Source of the DNA: Vairimorpha necatrix
Taxonomy: Eukaryota
Reading direction: 5' to 3'
Assembly: GCA_036630325.1 (NCBI GenBank)
Contig: CP142730.1
Location: 930,001 to 994,000 of the forward strand
DNA: 64,000 nt
Below, piece after piece: positions 25,671 through 36,988 of the stretch (position 1 is the first letter of the stretch; the number at the start of each line of letters is the position of its first letter). The position numbers and the translations under genes are program-made. The notes under the pieces are model-generated. The model had not been told where the DNA came from. It saw only the letters and a program-made list of their open reading frames with translations, and did no database searches.

Positions 25671-28600
25671 GTATTTTTTATTTATTGGTTCGATAAGAAA
25701 ATCTAAAAAATAATTTTTTCTATTAAACTAAATTTCTTATGATATTTTTGCAACAACCATTTAAAAATTCTTTAACTCAAGTGTATTTAGACCATAATTA
25801 AATAAAATAGAACACTATTAAACAAGTTTCTTTAAAATCAATCGTACGCTGTGTAATAATCATCTTGATATTCTGTAAAAAATTATTTTTTTTGCATTTA
25901 ATTTTTTAAAGTTTTAAATAATTTCATGAGGTCCTGTAATAAAAATTTTTATCACAAAATATATAAAAATGCAAGACAGTTTATAATTAAAGTATAAAAT
26001 ATGCTACGTTTCTTCATATGATTCTGATTTTCATTTACTCATTATCTAAATTTTATTTTCCAATATAACCCGATTTTTTCCTATCTGTTTTTTTATGTGG
26101 TTTTCATATATTTATATCTATGTGACAAATTCTAGCTGATGTCAATGTAGAAAATAAAAAGACAATTTATTTTTGTAGGATTATGCTGATCATATATTTA
26201 CTTATAAAAAATATTAAATTGTATTTATTTATGAGTCTTTTGTTAAAATCAAAAAATGTTTTAATAAGTTGATAAAATGCTTTTTTTTGATTCATTTTCA
26301 CCTTGTATAATATGATTATAAAAATAATAAAATATATAGCAATGCTTAAGCATTATAAAGGCTTTGCTTAAGCGTAATAATTACAAAGTTCATATCAATT
26401 CTTCTCATTTAAAAAAAGTTTTTTCATGCTTACATCCAACACGTGCATTTTTTTTCGATGATATATGTAACTTTATATTTCTATATATGATTTGTCTAAG
26501 GGTTTGCTCAGTCTATAACCAAAACAATTTAGTTTACTTTTTACATTTTTAGAAACATTAAAAATACATTTTATTACCAGTTTTATAAACAAACGTGGAT
26601 TATTATTTTATATATTACTTCATGATGTTAAGAAAGATTCTTTTTTTATTTCCATTGAACAACTTATGTAATAACTTAAACCGTTGGAGACAAAATGTAT
26701 TATATTCATCGAAAAATATTCAATAAATTTATATAATTCATAATTTTGTTGCCATATTCGTATTTATTATATAGTTTGTTATATGATTCGCCATTTTTTT
26801 GCTTTCTAAAAAAAGATATTTTAAAAATTATTCTCATTCGATCAGTAGCCTTGATTATTACACATATATTTAATAATGTCTCTGAAAATACCATCGTACA
26901 TTTTATTTGTAAAGTAATATTATTAGCAATTTTGAAAAGCGTAATTAGAACATTTTTACGGTACAACTAAATTTGCACACACATTTGGGAAATATAAATA
27001 AAAAATATGAGCTATTGATATTTAATTTTTTTTGTTATAGTGTAAAAATAGTAATATACATTGAATTTAGAGTATTATAAATTCATTGAAAATGATATCG
27101 TATATATTAATTTCATATAGATTTAATGTTATAACTTCAGAATAATTGTGCCTATTTGATATGACATGGTAAAATAATTATATTCAAAAAATTAAAAGAA
27201 ATATATAAAAGGAACGAAAATAATCGTTAGTAATTTTTCTAAGAAATTTAATAAGGTAAAATTTCTAGTTTAGTTCTACAAAATTATGTTATTATAAATA
27301 ATCTTTACTTAGAGAAAACAAAACATAAATATTCATCAAAAATGATATTTTTTTAGTAGAGTTTTTTGTTGGAAAATGGAAAATAATCAAGTTAAAAATT
27401 TTTGGTTTGAAAAATCTAATTTAAGGACAATACCTATCGATAATTGCTAAAAATTTGTATACTAGATTTTATAGCGCTGTGAAAAAAAGAAAGTTTATAC
27501 CAAGTAATAAACATGAGATATATGTAATAAAACTTAGTTTGCTCATATCAATACTATTTTATTTTAATAATGTATTTATTGTTTCTTCATAATTTTTGCT
27601 AGATGTTTTTTTAATAAAAGTTTTGAGAGAGATAGTACCGGATTCGGTTTTCAAATTCTATTGAATATTATGTAATGTGTTACATTAGTATTTGTTTATC
27701 AGACATAAGGCTATATTTGTTGTACTTGTAGCGTTACCTCTTTGTCAATTGAATTATTTTATTGTTAGATCACATACGCTACATGTGTGATTTAGCATAA
27801 GGAATTAGTCATAGATTGACATATTTCCAGAAAAATATAGTAAAGTTATATTATGAATCTTCAAATTGTAACTTTTATAGATCTTATAAACTTTCCTATT
27901 TTAAATAGTAAAAAATTTAATTTTACTGTGGCAAAAAAAATTCAAATAATTGTAATTAAAGTTTAATCTCCGAGAATTTAATTAAAAAACTAAAGAACGA
28001 ACTAAGTAATTTAGACTTGTTTTTATTTTTTTATACAAAAAACACAACGTCTTGATGATTATGAGCGCATTTATTCCAAAAATCGTTTCAATAAAAAAAT
28101 AAAAATCAAATGACAATTTTGAGTCTTTATTTTTTAGAACAGATTTTAATTTTGTATATATTTCTACGTAATTTTTTTTATATCTTTATAATTTGTCAGC
28201 ATGTCTTTATGAAATAAGCGGATAATTTAGCAGCTATTAAATAAACATAATTTTAGAGATATACTTAAAACCAAAATATAATATAACCTATTCTGTCCTG
28301 TATTGGGTGTAAAAATATTTTGTTTAAAATTTTATGACAAAGACATAAAAAATCACAGCATTTTCAGTGTGGTCGTATTTTTTTTAAAAACATAAATTTC
28401 ACTTAAACGTTTATATTAAATTACAAATGATATGTATATACTATGTCAATTTGTTCGAGAAGAATAACTTTCAATAAGTAGATTAAAAGATCTTGTATAA
28501 TAATCAAAAACATAATCTTTTTGTACTACGCGGAATAAGTTATATGCATTTTTAATATCTTTAAATAAATATAATTAGGGTAAAAAATTCAATAATTTAA

Positions 28601-29157
28601 AAATACAAACAAGTAAAACTAATTACTTGAATGTCTTAATATATATAAATTGAACCAATTTTTTTCAATCTAACTCCATGAGTCTTGATTTCTAAAAATA
28701 ATATTTTTTTTTGTAATAATTTTACTTCTAAAGTCCATTGAATTTGGCTTTATAAAGAAATAACAAAATCTAATTGCATTTTTTACTTAAACTAATATAA
28801 TAAAATTAAAGTACAAATATTAATTCCCTGTATAAATATAATACCAAATCTTCAGTTTAGTAAAAATAATGGGAAAAAACATTTATCAAAGTACAAATTC
28901 AATGTGAACTCCTTCGCGAAGGACTTAGTGTTTTTCGGTATCAGAATATCTTTAATGTTATTATACAATTTTGAAGTTATCTTACTAACAGTATCATTGT
29001 AAAAAAACATGAACATTCGATTTAACTCGAGTTAAATTTCTTTTTATAAATTTACATCTATTTATTTTTAAACACCGAATTTTTAAAAAACTTCAAGTTA
29101 AAAAAAGATATTGATATCTTTCAATCGTGATTTAAATAAAATTTTTATTTACAATAT

Positions 29158-29427
29158 TGTCATGTCCTCAAAACCATGACATCTGTGTTTTACTGTGTTA
29201 AAACTTTAATCAGTAAAACACTGCCCCGAACGAATAGTCTAAGGCGGTGATCTCTAACGATCGGACATGAAACGTTATGTTTCATAAATAAATATAAATA
29301 GTCCAAAAAAGTTAGAAGACACCGAGCATGAAGAGTAACTTTAATAACAAATCAAATAAAAAGAAATATAATACAAATATTTTAGAAATGTATTTAAAAA
29401 ACGGAGATATTACTCCAGTTCATGTCA
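29158..29427 (+). repeat. 5' LTR
   Basis: TGTCATG...CATGTCA, matching 31491-31760. Confidence 0.95.
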
Positions 29428-29440
29428 TTTTGAATTCAAA

Positions 29441-31480
29441 ATGACATTAAATGAACAAAACGAAAAACGAAATAACGAAGATGACTATATACAAGTCAAA
29501 ATCAAAGTTCCAGACTCGGACCTGGAATTTACGAAGAAATTAAAAATAATAAAAAACATCGAAAAATTCGATTTCATTCCTTGGTTTAAGGAATTTGAAG
29601 AAATAGCCACACAGAACAAATGGAATGCTGAACAAGGCATCATGATACTACGAAATTTAATTACTGATCGACGCCTAGAAGCGGATATTTTCATTACAGA
29701 TGCAGCAACAACCAAAAGAAACTTAATTAAACATATTTTTGAGCAAGATGCTAAAGAAATGTTGCAAGAAGCCTTTAAGGTAAAACAAATAGATTTTCTT
29801 TTTATAGAAAACTATTATGAAAAGATTTACAACAAGATAAGTATCTATAGCGCTTATTACGAAATAAGCAAATCGGAATTTAACAGACATTTAAGCGAAT
29901 GCTTTTATCAAGGGTTAGGAAGAAACTCTACGTTTGAAATAATAAAACATAACTTAGGCGAGAACGTCTTAAATGCTTATAATCACCTAAAAAATATTGA
30001 GAAAATGATTCGAAAGAAAGCAGAAACTAAGAAAATAAACAAGGTGTCTAATGACGAGCCAGTATATCAAGAAAGAGAAGGATCATACAGTAAAAAGTTT
30101 TCAAACAAGACGAATAACCCAAGATCTTCGTATATAAATAAATGGTGTTCTATACACAAAAACACTAGCCACGACACCAAAGACTGTTATTACAATAAAG
30201 ACCGACAAAATGAAAATAAGAAGAAAGAAACGAGAGAAAATCTTAAGATAATCAAAGAACCAATAAAAGTAATAAATGGAATTGAATTAGAAGGTTCAAT
30301 TGAGAAGAAAGAAACCAGATTTTTAATCGATACAGGTGCCACAAGAAATTTTATTAGTAATAAAAAGATCAAAGAATTGAAATTATCACCCATTGAAGAT
30401 GTGGAAATCCAAACAAAATTTGCCAATGAGCAAAAGGAAATAACTAACAAAACAGTACTTGTTAGAATAACATTAAAGAATCTAATGAAAGAAAAATACG
30501 TAAGATTTTATATATTAAAAAACAACAGCGATGATGTAATATTAGGAAATGAATTCCTAGTCGCAAACGAAGTAGTAGTAAATTACAAAGAAGGAACAAT
30601 TTATGTAGGAAGGGAGAGATTGAAATTTCTACATAACGACGAATGTTGCGAATTAGACGCAATGTTATTTGAGAAAATGAATGTGTGCAATCAGTGTATC
30701 GTATGTAAAGAAAACAAGGATTTTAAACAACAGAATCTAGAAAGAAATAAAATAGATAGCAGTGCACCATTTGAAATAATAAGCACAGATATTTTTGGTC
30801 TTTTTCTCCTGGAGGAGTTTGAGGGCGACTCTCTAAACCATAAGGGTTATATCTTGACCATAACCGATGTGTTTTCGAGATTCACGAGAATTTGGTTTGG
30901 TGAGAAGTTTAGGAGTGAGGAAGTTATTATGTGTTTAAACGAATGGAGTGATGATTTTGCGAAGCCTAAAGCGCTAATTTCGGACAATGGTCCGCAATAT
31001 AAAAGTAAAAAAACGAAAGATTATACTAATAAAATACAAATCGAACATCGGCTAATACCGATATATTACCCTCAAAGCAATGGAATTTCAGAACGTATAA
31101 ATCAAACAATTGCAGAAGTGCTGAGAATGAATATAGGAAAGAATATAAAACACATTATTATGCAAATTGAACATCGGATAAATAATAATGTTAATACCAC
31201 ACTGGGAATTGCGCCTATAGAAGCAATTTATAAGAATAGTTTTTATGACATTGAGAAAAGGGTTAATGTGCCATTTTTGCGAAACATACCTGCAGTTGAA
31301 GTGAACTATAAGCGACGTATCGCAGTAAATGACATTGTATACTTAAAAAATTATAGCAATAATAAACTCGAGCGGAAATACTATGGGCCGTTTAAAGTTA
31401 TGGAAATCGGTAAGAAAGGAAGTTGGGTTCGACTTAAAGACATGCCCAACTGGGTTCATATTAAACAGTTGAAGCTGTAG
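29441..31480 (+). CDS. Gag-protease-integrase polyprotein (679 aa) with no RT/RNase H
   Basis: Gag knuckle CSIHKNTSHDTKDC, aspartic protease LIDTGA...ILGNEFL, then directly CIVC, integrase STDIFG / ISDNGPQY / SNGISERIN and a GPF motif. No YxDD. Confidence 0.92.
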   Translation: MTLNEQNEKRNNEDDYIQVKIKVPDSDLEFTKKLKIIKNIEKFDFIPWFKEFEEIATQNKWNAEQGIMILRNLITDRRLEADIFITDAATTKRNLIKHIFEQDAKEMLQEAFKVKQIDFLFIENYYEKIYNKISIYSAYYEISKSEFNRHLSECFYQGLGRNSTFEIIKHNLGENVLNAYNHLKNIEKMIRKKAETKKINKVSNDEPVYQEREGSYSKKFSNKTNNPRSSYINKWCSIHKNTSHDTKDCYYNKDRQNENKKKETRENLKIIKEPIKVINGIELEGSIEKKETRFLIDTGATRNFISNKKIKELKLSPIEDVEIQTKFANEQKEITNKTVLVRITLKNLMKEKYVRFYILKNNSDDVILGNEFLVANEVVVNYKEGTIYVGRERLKFLHNDECCELDAMLFEKMNVCNQCIVCKENKDFKQQNLERNKIDSSAPFEIISTDIFGLFLLEEFEGDSLNHKGYILTITDVFSRFTRIWFGEKFRSEEVIMCLNEWSDDFAKPKALISDNGPQYKSKKTKDYTNKIQIEHRLIPIYYPQSNGISERINQTIAEVLRMNIGKNIKHIIMQIEHRINNNVNTTLGIAPIEAIYKNSFYDIEKRVNVPFLRNIPAVEVNYKRRIAVNDIVYLKNYSNNKLERKYYGPFKVMEIGKKGSWVRLKDMPNWVHIKQLKL

Positions 31481-31490
31481 GGGGGCAGAC

Positions 31491-31760
31491 TGTCATGTCC
31501 TCAAAACCATGACATCTGTGTTTTACTGTGTTAAAACTTTAATCAGTAAAACACTGCCCCGAACGAATAGTCTAAGGCGGTGATCTCTAACGATCGGACA
31601 TGAAACGTTATGTTTCATAAATAAATATAAATAGTCCAAAAAAGTTAGAAGACACCGAGCATGAAGAGTAACTTTAATAACAAATCAAATAAAAAGAAAT
31701 ATAATACAAATATTTTAGAAATGTATTTAAAAAACGGAGATATTACTCCAGTTCATGTCA
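31491..31760 (+). repeat. 3' LTR
   Basis: No mismatch to the 5' LTR seen by eye. Confidence 0.95.
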
Positions 31761-32278
31761 AATATAAACTTATTATTAAAAAAAAAAACAGAGATCGTTA
31801 TATTTTTACATAAAAATTTGTTTTTGTAAGCTAATATAAGAATAAAAGAAGACTTTATTATGTAAATTGAAAAGAGCTGAAAAAACAGTATTTAGAACAT
31901 ATTTATATTATATTATTTTCTTAATACAAATAAATTTCGACTATAAAATTTCACTGTTTCAAATTAAATAAGTGATTATATTAGTTATAAAAAAATCCCT
32001 ATTATTATTTAAGGCTTTTAAAATAAACCTTCTATTCTGTATATAATTAACGACACGATCTAAGGTAGCATCAATGTTATAATTTCTAGAAGTTTTAGTT
32101 AAATTAAAAAATATTAACTATTTTACTAATGTGTTATTACAAAGAAATTGAGATTTGAAATTATTTATAGATTTTATAAGTAAAAATTTTTAGCGAAAAA
32201 TGCTTTATGTTGTAAAAAATAACTTTACAATAATCCTATTTACAAGTTTATTAAACATAAAAAGTTCCAAGATTTATT

Positions 32279-33487
32279 TTAAATCTTTGTAGAATAGTAA
32301 CCTACGAGCGGAGTTTCTGAATTTATATAAACATAATTTTCTACAACATGCCGCCTCTTACGGCTTGTACGCTTATAAAATATAAATATAATACTAAGTA
32401 CTATAAAACATATAATTATTATAGCTGCAAAACTTCCCCAACCCGCCAAATAGTCACTTAATTTGTTAGTGTCTATAGTGGTTGGATCAAAAGAATTGTA
32501 TGATTCGCCCGTATATTTTCTTGATATTTTAGAATGGTTTTCCGGAATAGTTCCGTTTATTAGATTATCATTACCTAATAATAAATTTTCAGCTTTCATA
32601 CCTCCTATACTAGTATCTTTTTGATCTTCGCTACTAATATGTTCGGTTATATTATAAAAATTTTTAATGGGTTTAGATAGATTAAAAATATTTACCTCGG
32701 TAAGAATTGTTTCAATTGAAATGCTAGATTCCTCGTTGATATTAGTTTGGTAATTTATATCTATCTCATTAGTACTAGTTTCAATTGTACTGTCTCTTCT
32801 ATACTTAGGTATTAGATCAATTTGCGAATAATATACATTTGAATTTATACATTCTGCTCTTGATAATAATTCGCTATTATTTTTTATGAAAATATCAAAA
32901 TGTTCTCTTCCATTTGGCCCAAAACAATCATCGTATGTGTTTAATTGGCCTTTACACATCTTTATAACAGGCAAGGGAAGTTGAGCATTTATTCCATTTT
33001 GTACAAAACATGTATGTTGTCTAATAATTTCTTGGATGGTCTCTGTTGCATTATTGGAATTATCTATGACGTCTTTGTAACACATTCGTAGTATATCATA
33101 GAATTCTGTTGAACCATATATAATTTCTGTTACCAGTACCTTTTCTTCTTTAGAAATAATATTATTGGGATTGAATTTGCCGTATATAACATATTCAAAA
33201 AACTTTTCTTTCAGTGAATCACTTCTGTTTTTAAAACTATTTTCTGAGGAATCATTTACTGTCATTCTTGAAAAAATTTCATGGTCTGTCATTGAATTCC
33301 AAATAAAATCATAAAAAATATGAAATTTCAAATCAGGTGAAAAATTTTCATAAAAATGTTTTACTAATGGTTCACAAACATCAGTAGTGCTATTGATCGC
33401 TTCTTTAAGACTTTCATCGATTTTTATACTAGATTTTATACAATTTAACATAAATAAAACAATGTTTACACAAAACGGATACCTCAT
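32279..33487 (-). CDS. Cys-head surface-protein family member (402 aa)
   Basis: CCCCC-AA-ATG start, WNSMTDHEIF, LRMCYKD, IIRQHTCF, LPLPVIKMCKG, SRAEC, stalk, TM helix and basic tail. Confidence 0.93.
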   Translation of the reverse strand: MRYPFCVNIVLFMLNCIKSSIKIDESLKEAINSTTDVCEPLVKHFYENFSPDLKFHIFYDFIWNSMTDHEIFSRMTVNDSSENSFKNRSDSLKEKFFEYVIYGKFNPNNIISKEEKVLVTEIIYGSTEFYDILRMCYKDVIDNSNNATETIQEIIRQHTCFVQNGINAQLPLPVIKMCKGQLNTYDDCFGPNGREHFDIFIKNNSELLSRAECINSNVYYSQIDLIPKYRRDSTIETSTNEIDINYQTNINEESSISIETILTEVNIFNLSKPIKNFYNITEHISSEDQKDTSIGGMKAENLLLGNDNLINGTIPENHSKISRKYTGESYNSFDPTTIDTNKLSDYLAGWGSFAAIIIICFIVLSIIFIFYKRTSRKRRHVVENYVYINSETPLVGYYSTKI

Positions 33488-34239
33488 TTGGGGGTAACAA
33501 AAAAAAATTTATTTATGTAGAAAAAAAGTTGACTTTAAATTCTAATTTACCTTTTCGTTTATTTTTTTGATATAAGAGATGAAACAAATTAATGGGTTTA
33601 AACAATAAATTAAAAATATTATATTGATTGTTGACATGTCCACATTATGAATTTTCGAACGAACGTGTGGTTAATAGAAAACAAAAAAACCTTTTTAAGC
33701 AGACAGTTGGCGTGTCAGACTTTAGATATCTAGTTCTACGTTTTTTTTAATATAGAAATAATAGTTTGTTTGTACACTTCTATAGCAGAGAGAAACGACC
33801 ACAAAAAAGTTATTCTCAATCATTAGTACTTTAAAAATAACTTATACGGAGTTACATAAACGAAAAGTAATTTTTATTTTGAAAGTTGTCAATATATTAC
33901 ATTAAACATGTCAAGACCTATCATATTTTTTTAAAAAAAAACATATTGAGACCAAAACATCGAAGGGAATTTCTTTAATAACAGAGAGTTATTATTTTGC
34001 ATTTTTTTGAACAATAAACATTCGAGGTAAACATTACACTTCAGCAAAACATTAATTATTTGAAACAATATCTGGATATAATAACCGTTTAGAAAAAATT
34101 GAGGCATTTTATTTCATGAGATTAAAAATAAATTGCTAAATTTCAATACGAATTTAAAAATTAAACAATAATTTACTCTTAATTTTTTAATTTTCATATC
34201 GAAAACTCACAAATAAATATAATATAATTTTTTAAAGAG

Positions 34240-35075
34240 AGAACTATATACATTCCGTCTCATCCTTAATCGATTTCTTTTGATTAACATGTAGTCTAAA
34301 AACATACAAGTTCAAACAATTATAATAAAACATAAAAGATATATAAATAAAGGCAGTATCTAAAATTCATTTTAGTTGTATTGTTTATAGGTTCTGTTTA
34401 CTTGACGTATCAGTTATATTGTTAAATAATTTTATGCCATTGGCATTTTCGTTTTTTTCTGTAAATTTATTATTGGATAAATATTAAGAATTTAGTACTT
34501 TATCGTGTTTTTTTTTGCTTCATTATCATTAAATTACATTCCTTTTGTAACAAAACAATTTATAAAATTAAATGCTAAAACTTTACATTTTTTATAAACA
34601 GGTAATAGTAAAATTCTACTTATACCTTTTTGTAAACACATATGTAACATAATTATGCCTCGTATTTTTACTATCATATACAATGTCTTATTATATACAA
34701 CATATAAATCATTCTTTCTTTTCACCTTTCATTTCCACGATAAATTTTTTATCTATTTTTGTGATAGCTCTCGATAAGTAAATTTAAGTATAAAGATAAA
34801 ATTAGACAATAGAAATTTTTTCATTGAATTCTTTATCTTGCAAAACTTCTCTCTGAATTATCGTCTTGTGTCATTCTTTTAACATACCAAGATTTGTTAA
34901 TATGTTACAAATAAATTTATTAAAGAAACGACCATGGTTCATACTAAATTCCGATCATTATTTTTGCTATCTAATGCTTTTCATGGTCGCCATTATTAAC
35001 AGAATAAAAATAATCTTATTTATTGTTAAATATTGCCACACTTTACATGAAGATGATTAAATTAATAAAAAATTT
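34240..35075 (-). pseudogene. Decayed copy of the 47649-48560 type surface-protein gene
   Basis: DNA aligns with 47700-48520 across head, short stalk and TM region (e.g. aaacttctctctgaattatc, acaggtaatagtaaaattctacttatacc, attataataaaacataaaagatatataaa). Multiple indels. Ends approximate. Confidence 0.82.
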
Positions 35076-35892
35076 AACAATATTACGGAGGGTATAGTAT
35101 TTTTTATAACTAGTGTACTATCTAATTAAAAAAAAGTAACTCATTTAAATAATAAAATTGTATGATAAAATATACATATTCAAATTTGTTTAAGTATGTT
35201 TAATCGACATTTGTCTAGTTTTACATTATAAAATAAAGAAATGGAAACTAAAATACTTATCAATAAAATTGAATTTGGATCAAAATTAATATTTGACATT
35301 ATTGTAAATATTACTTGACAAAATTTTATTAGAATAAATTATATGGTTTGATAGCGTGCGAAAGGTACCAAACTACCTCTCCTCCTTAAGAGGTTCTTCT
35401 ATGAATTTTTTGAAAAACTGAATTGAAGCGTTACAAAAGCGAAGAAAAAATCTTTTATAACACTTATTGATTTTAAAAATGACAAAAAATTCTATATTGA
35501 TTATTTTCAAAAATCAAATTTTGCAATACGATCAGTTATAATTTGTGTTGCGCGATTCAAATTCTTTTTGATATTTATAATACTCTTTTAAATTTTATCT
35601 ATTTAAACTTTGTTATTTAAATTTAACTTCTTATTGATATTAAATTACTTATAAAATATTAAACTAAATATTACTAAGTCAATATTGCTAGATAAACTTT
35701 ATTCTATATTGGACTCAAATCCATGACATTAAAGATAAAGGTATTAACTAAATATTCAGCGATATATGATCTATTAATCTATTAAATTATTAATTTTAGT
35801 TTCAAAATTTATACAAGATTCATTTTTTACACAAATTAAAGCACGAAAACATCTAGATTAAAATAATTGGCTTTATCAGAAAGACTTAGGAG

Positions 35893-36988
35893 GGTTAAAT
35901 TGCGATGTTGACCCCCCCCCCACCATTAAAAAATAAAAAAAAGGGGTAAAATAAAAAAGGAATAAAATTATGCCCCTAAAATGAACATAAAGAATTTTAG
36001 AAAATTAATATACAAAAAAGAGGAATTATTTTTATTTCTTCTTGAAAAAAATATAATAAAGGTACCAATGTGCAATAAGTGCATGACACTCATGATCAAA
36101 ATTAAAAATGATTTGGACAAATATCGTTGTTACTTACGACGAAATGGGAGAAAAAACTCAAACAAAGGTAACATTTACAAAGAAAGCATTTTTAGAAGTT
36201 CTAGATTAGATATCGAAGATCTTTTAATTTTGCTGTGTGAATGGGTTTAAGGTGTAAGCAATGTTTCGGCTACTATCGAATTGGATATAGATAGTAGAAC
36301 CGTATCTTGCTGGTTTACGCGTTTTAATAACGCCGTATTCTTTTCCTATTTCACTACCTTCAAAACAAAACCATAGGGGGGTTTAAATTGCGTAGTTGAA
36401 ATAGACGAGACATTGCTTGTTGAAAGTAAAAACCATAACGGTAGAATCCTTCAATACCAAGATTGGGCTGTTGATGGAGTTGTAAGGGAAGACAGCAATT
36501 CTTTTTTTCGACATTGTTGAGAACCGATTAAGAACTACTCTTGTCGATTTAATTAAACGAAAAATCGCACCTGGATCTACAATTATTACTGATTGTTGGC
36601 GGGATCATGAAGGGTTTTCGGAACTATGTCCGGATTATTACTATTTACATTTAACTGTAAATCATAGCCAAAATTTTGTAAATCCAACAACAGGCGCCCA
36701 CACCCAAACAATTGAAGGAATGTGGTCTGTAATATAAAGGGAATTGCGCAAAGAAGGAACTTGCCATGGTTCTTTAATGAATCTAATTCGAATACTTTAT
36801 ATAGCTCGTTTGAAGTTAATTTCCAGAGAATCACTACTTGAAAGAATGTTATGCTTTTTTGAAGTTCAAAATATATGGTTTTTAAATTACGATTTAGCCC
36901 CTGAATTTGATTTTGAATTAATTGAATAAATTTTAGTTTTGTCTTTTTTTTATTTTTTTAGGGGTGGGGGCAACATCGCAATTTAACC
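35893..36988 (+). mobile_element. Merlin DNA transposon with disrupted transposase (35981-~36930)
   Basis: TIR GGTTAAATTGCGATGTTG...CAACATCGCAATTTAACC, degenerate 8-bp TSD CTTAGGAG/CAAAGGAG, CCCC-TAAA-ATG start, motifs [37 protein letters not shown]. Stops and frameshifts. Confidence 0.9.

Larger units (their letters stand above)
29158..31760 (+). mobile_element. Ty3/Gypsy-type LTR retrotransposon, 2603 bp, lacking RT/RNase H
   Basis: Two 270-bp TG...CA LTRs that look identical, 5-bp TSD AATAT (29153-29157, 31761-31765), purine tract AGGGGGG just before the 3' LTR, and a single ORF. Confidence 0.95.
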
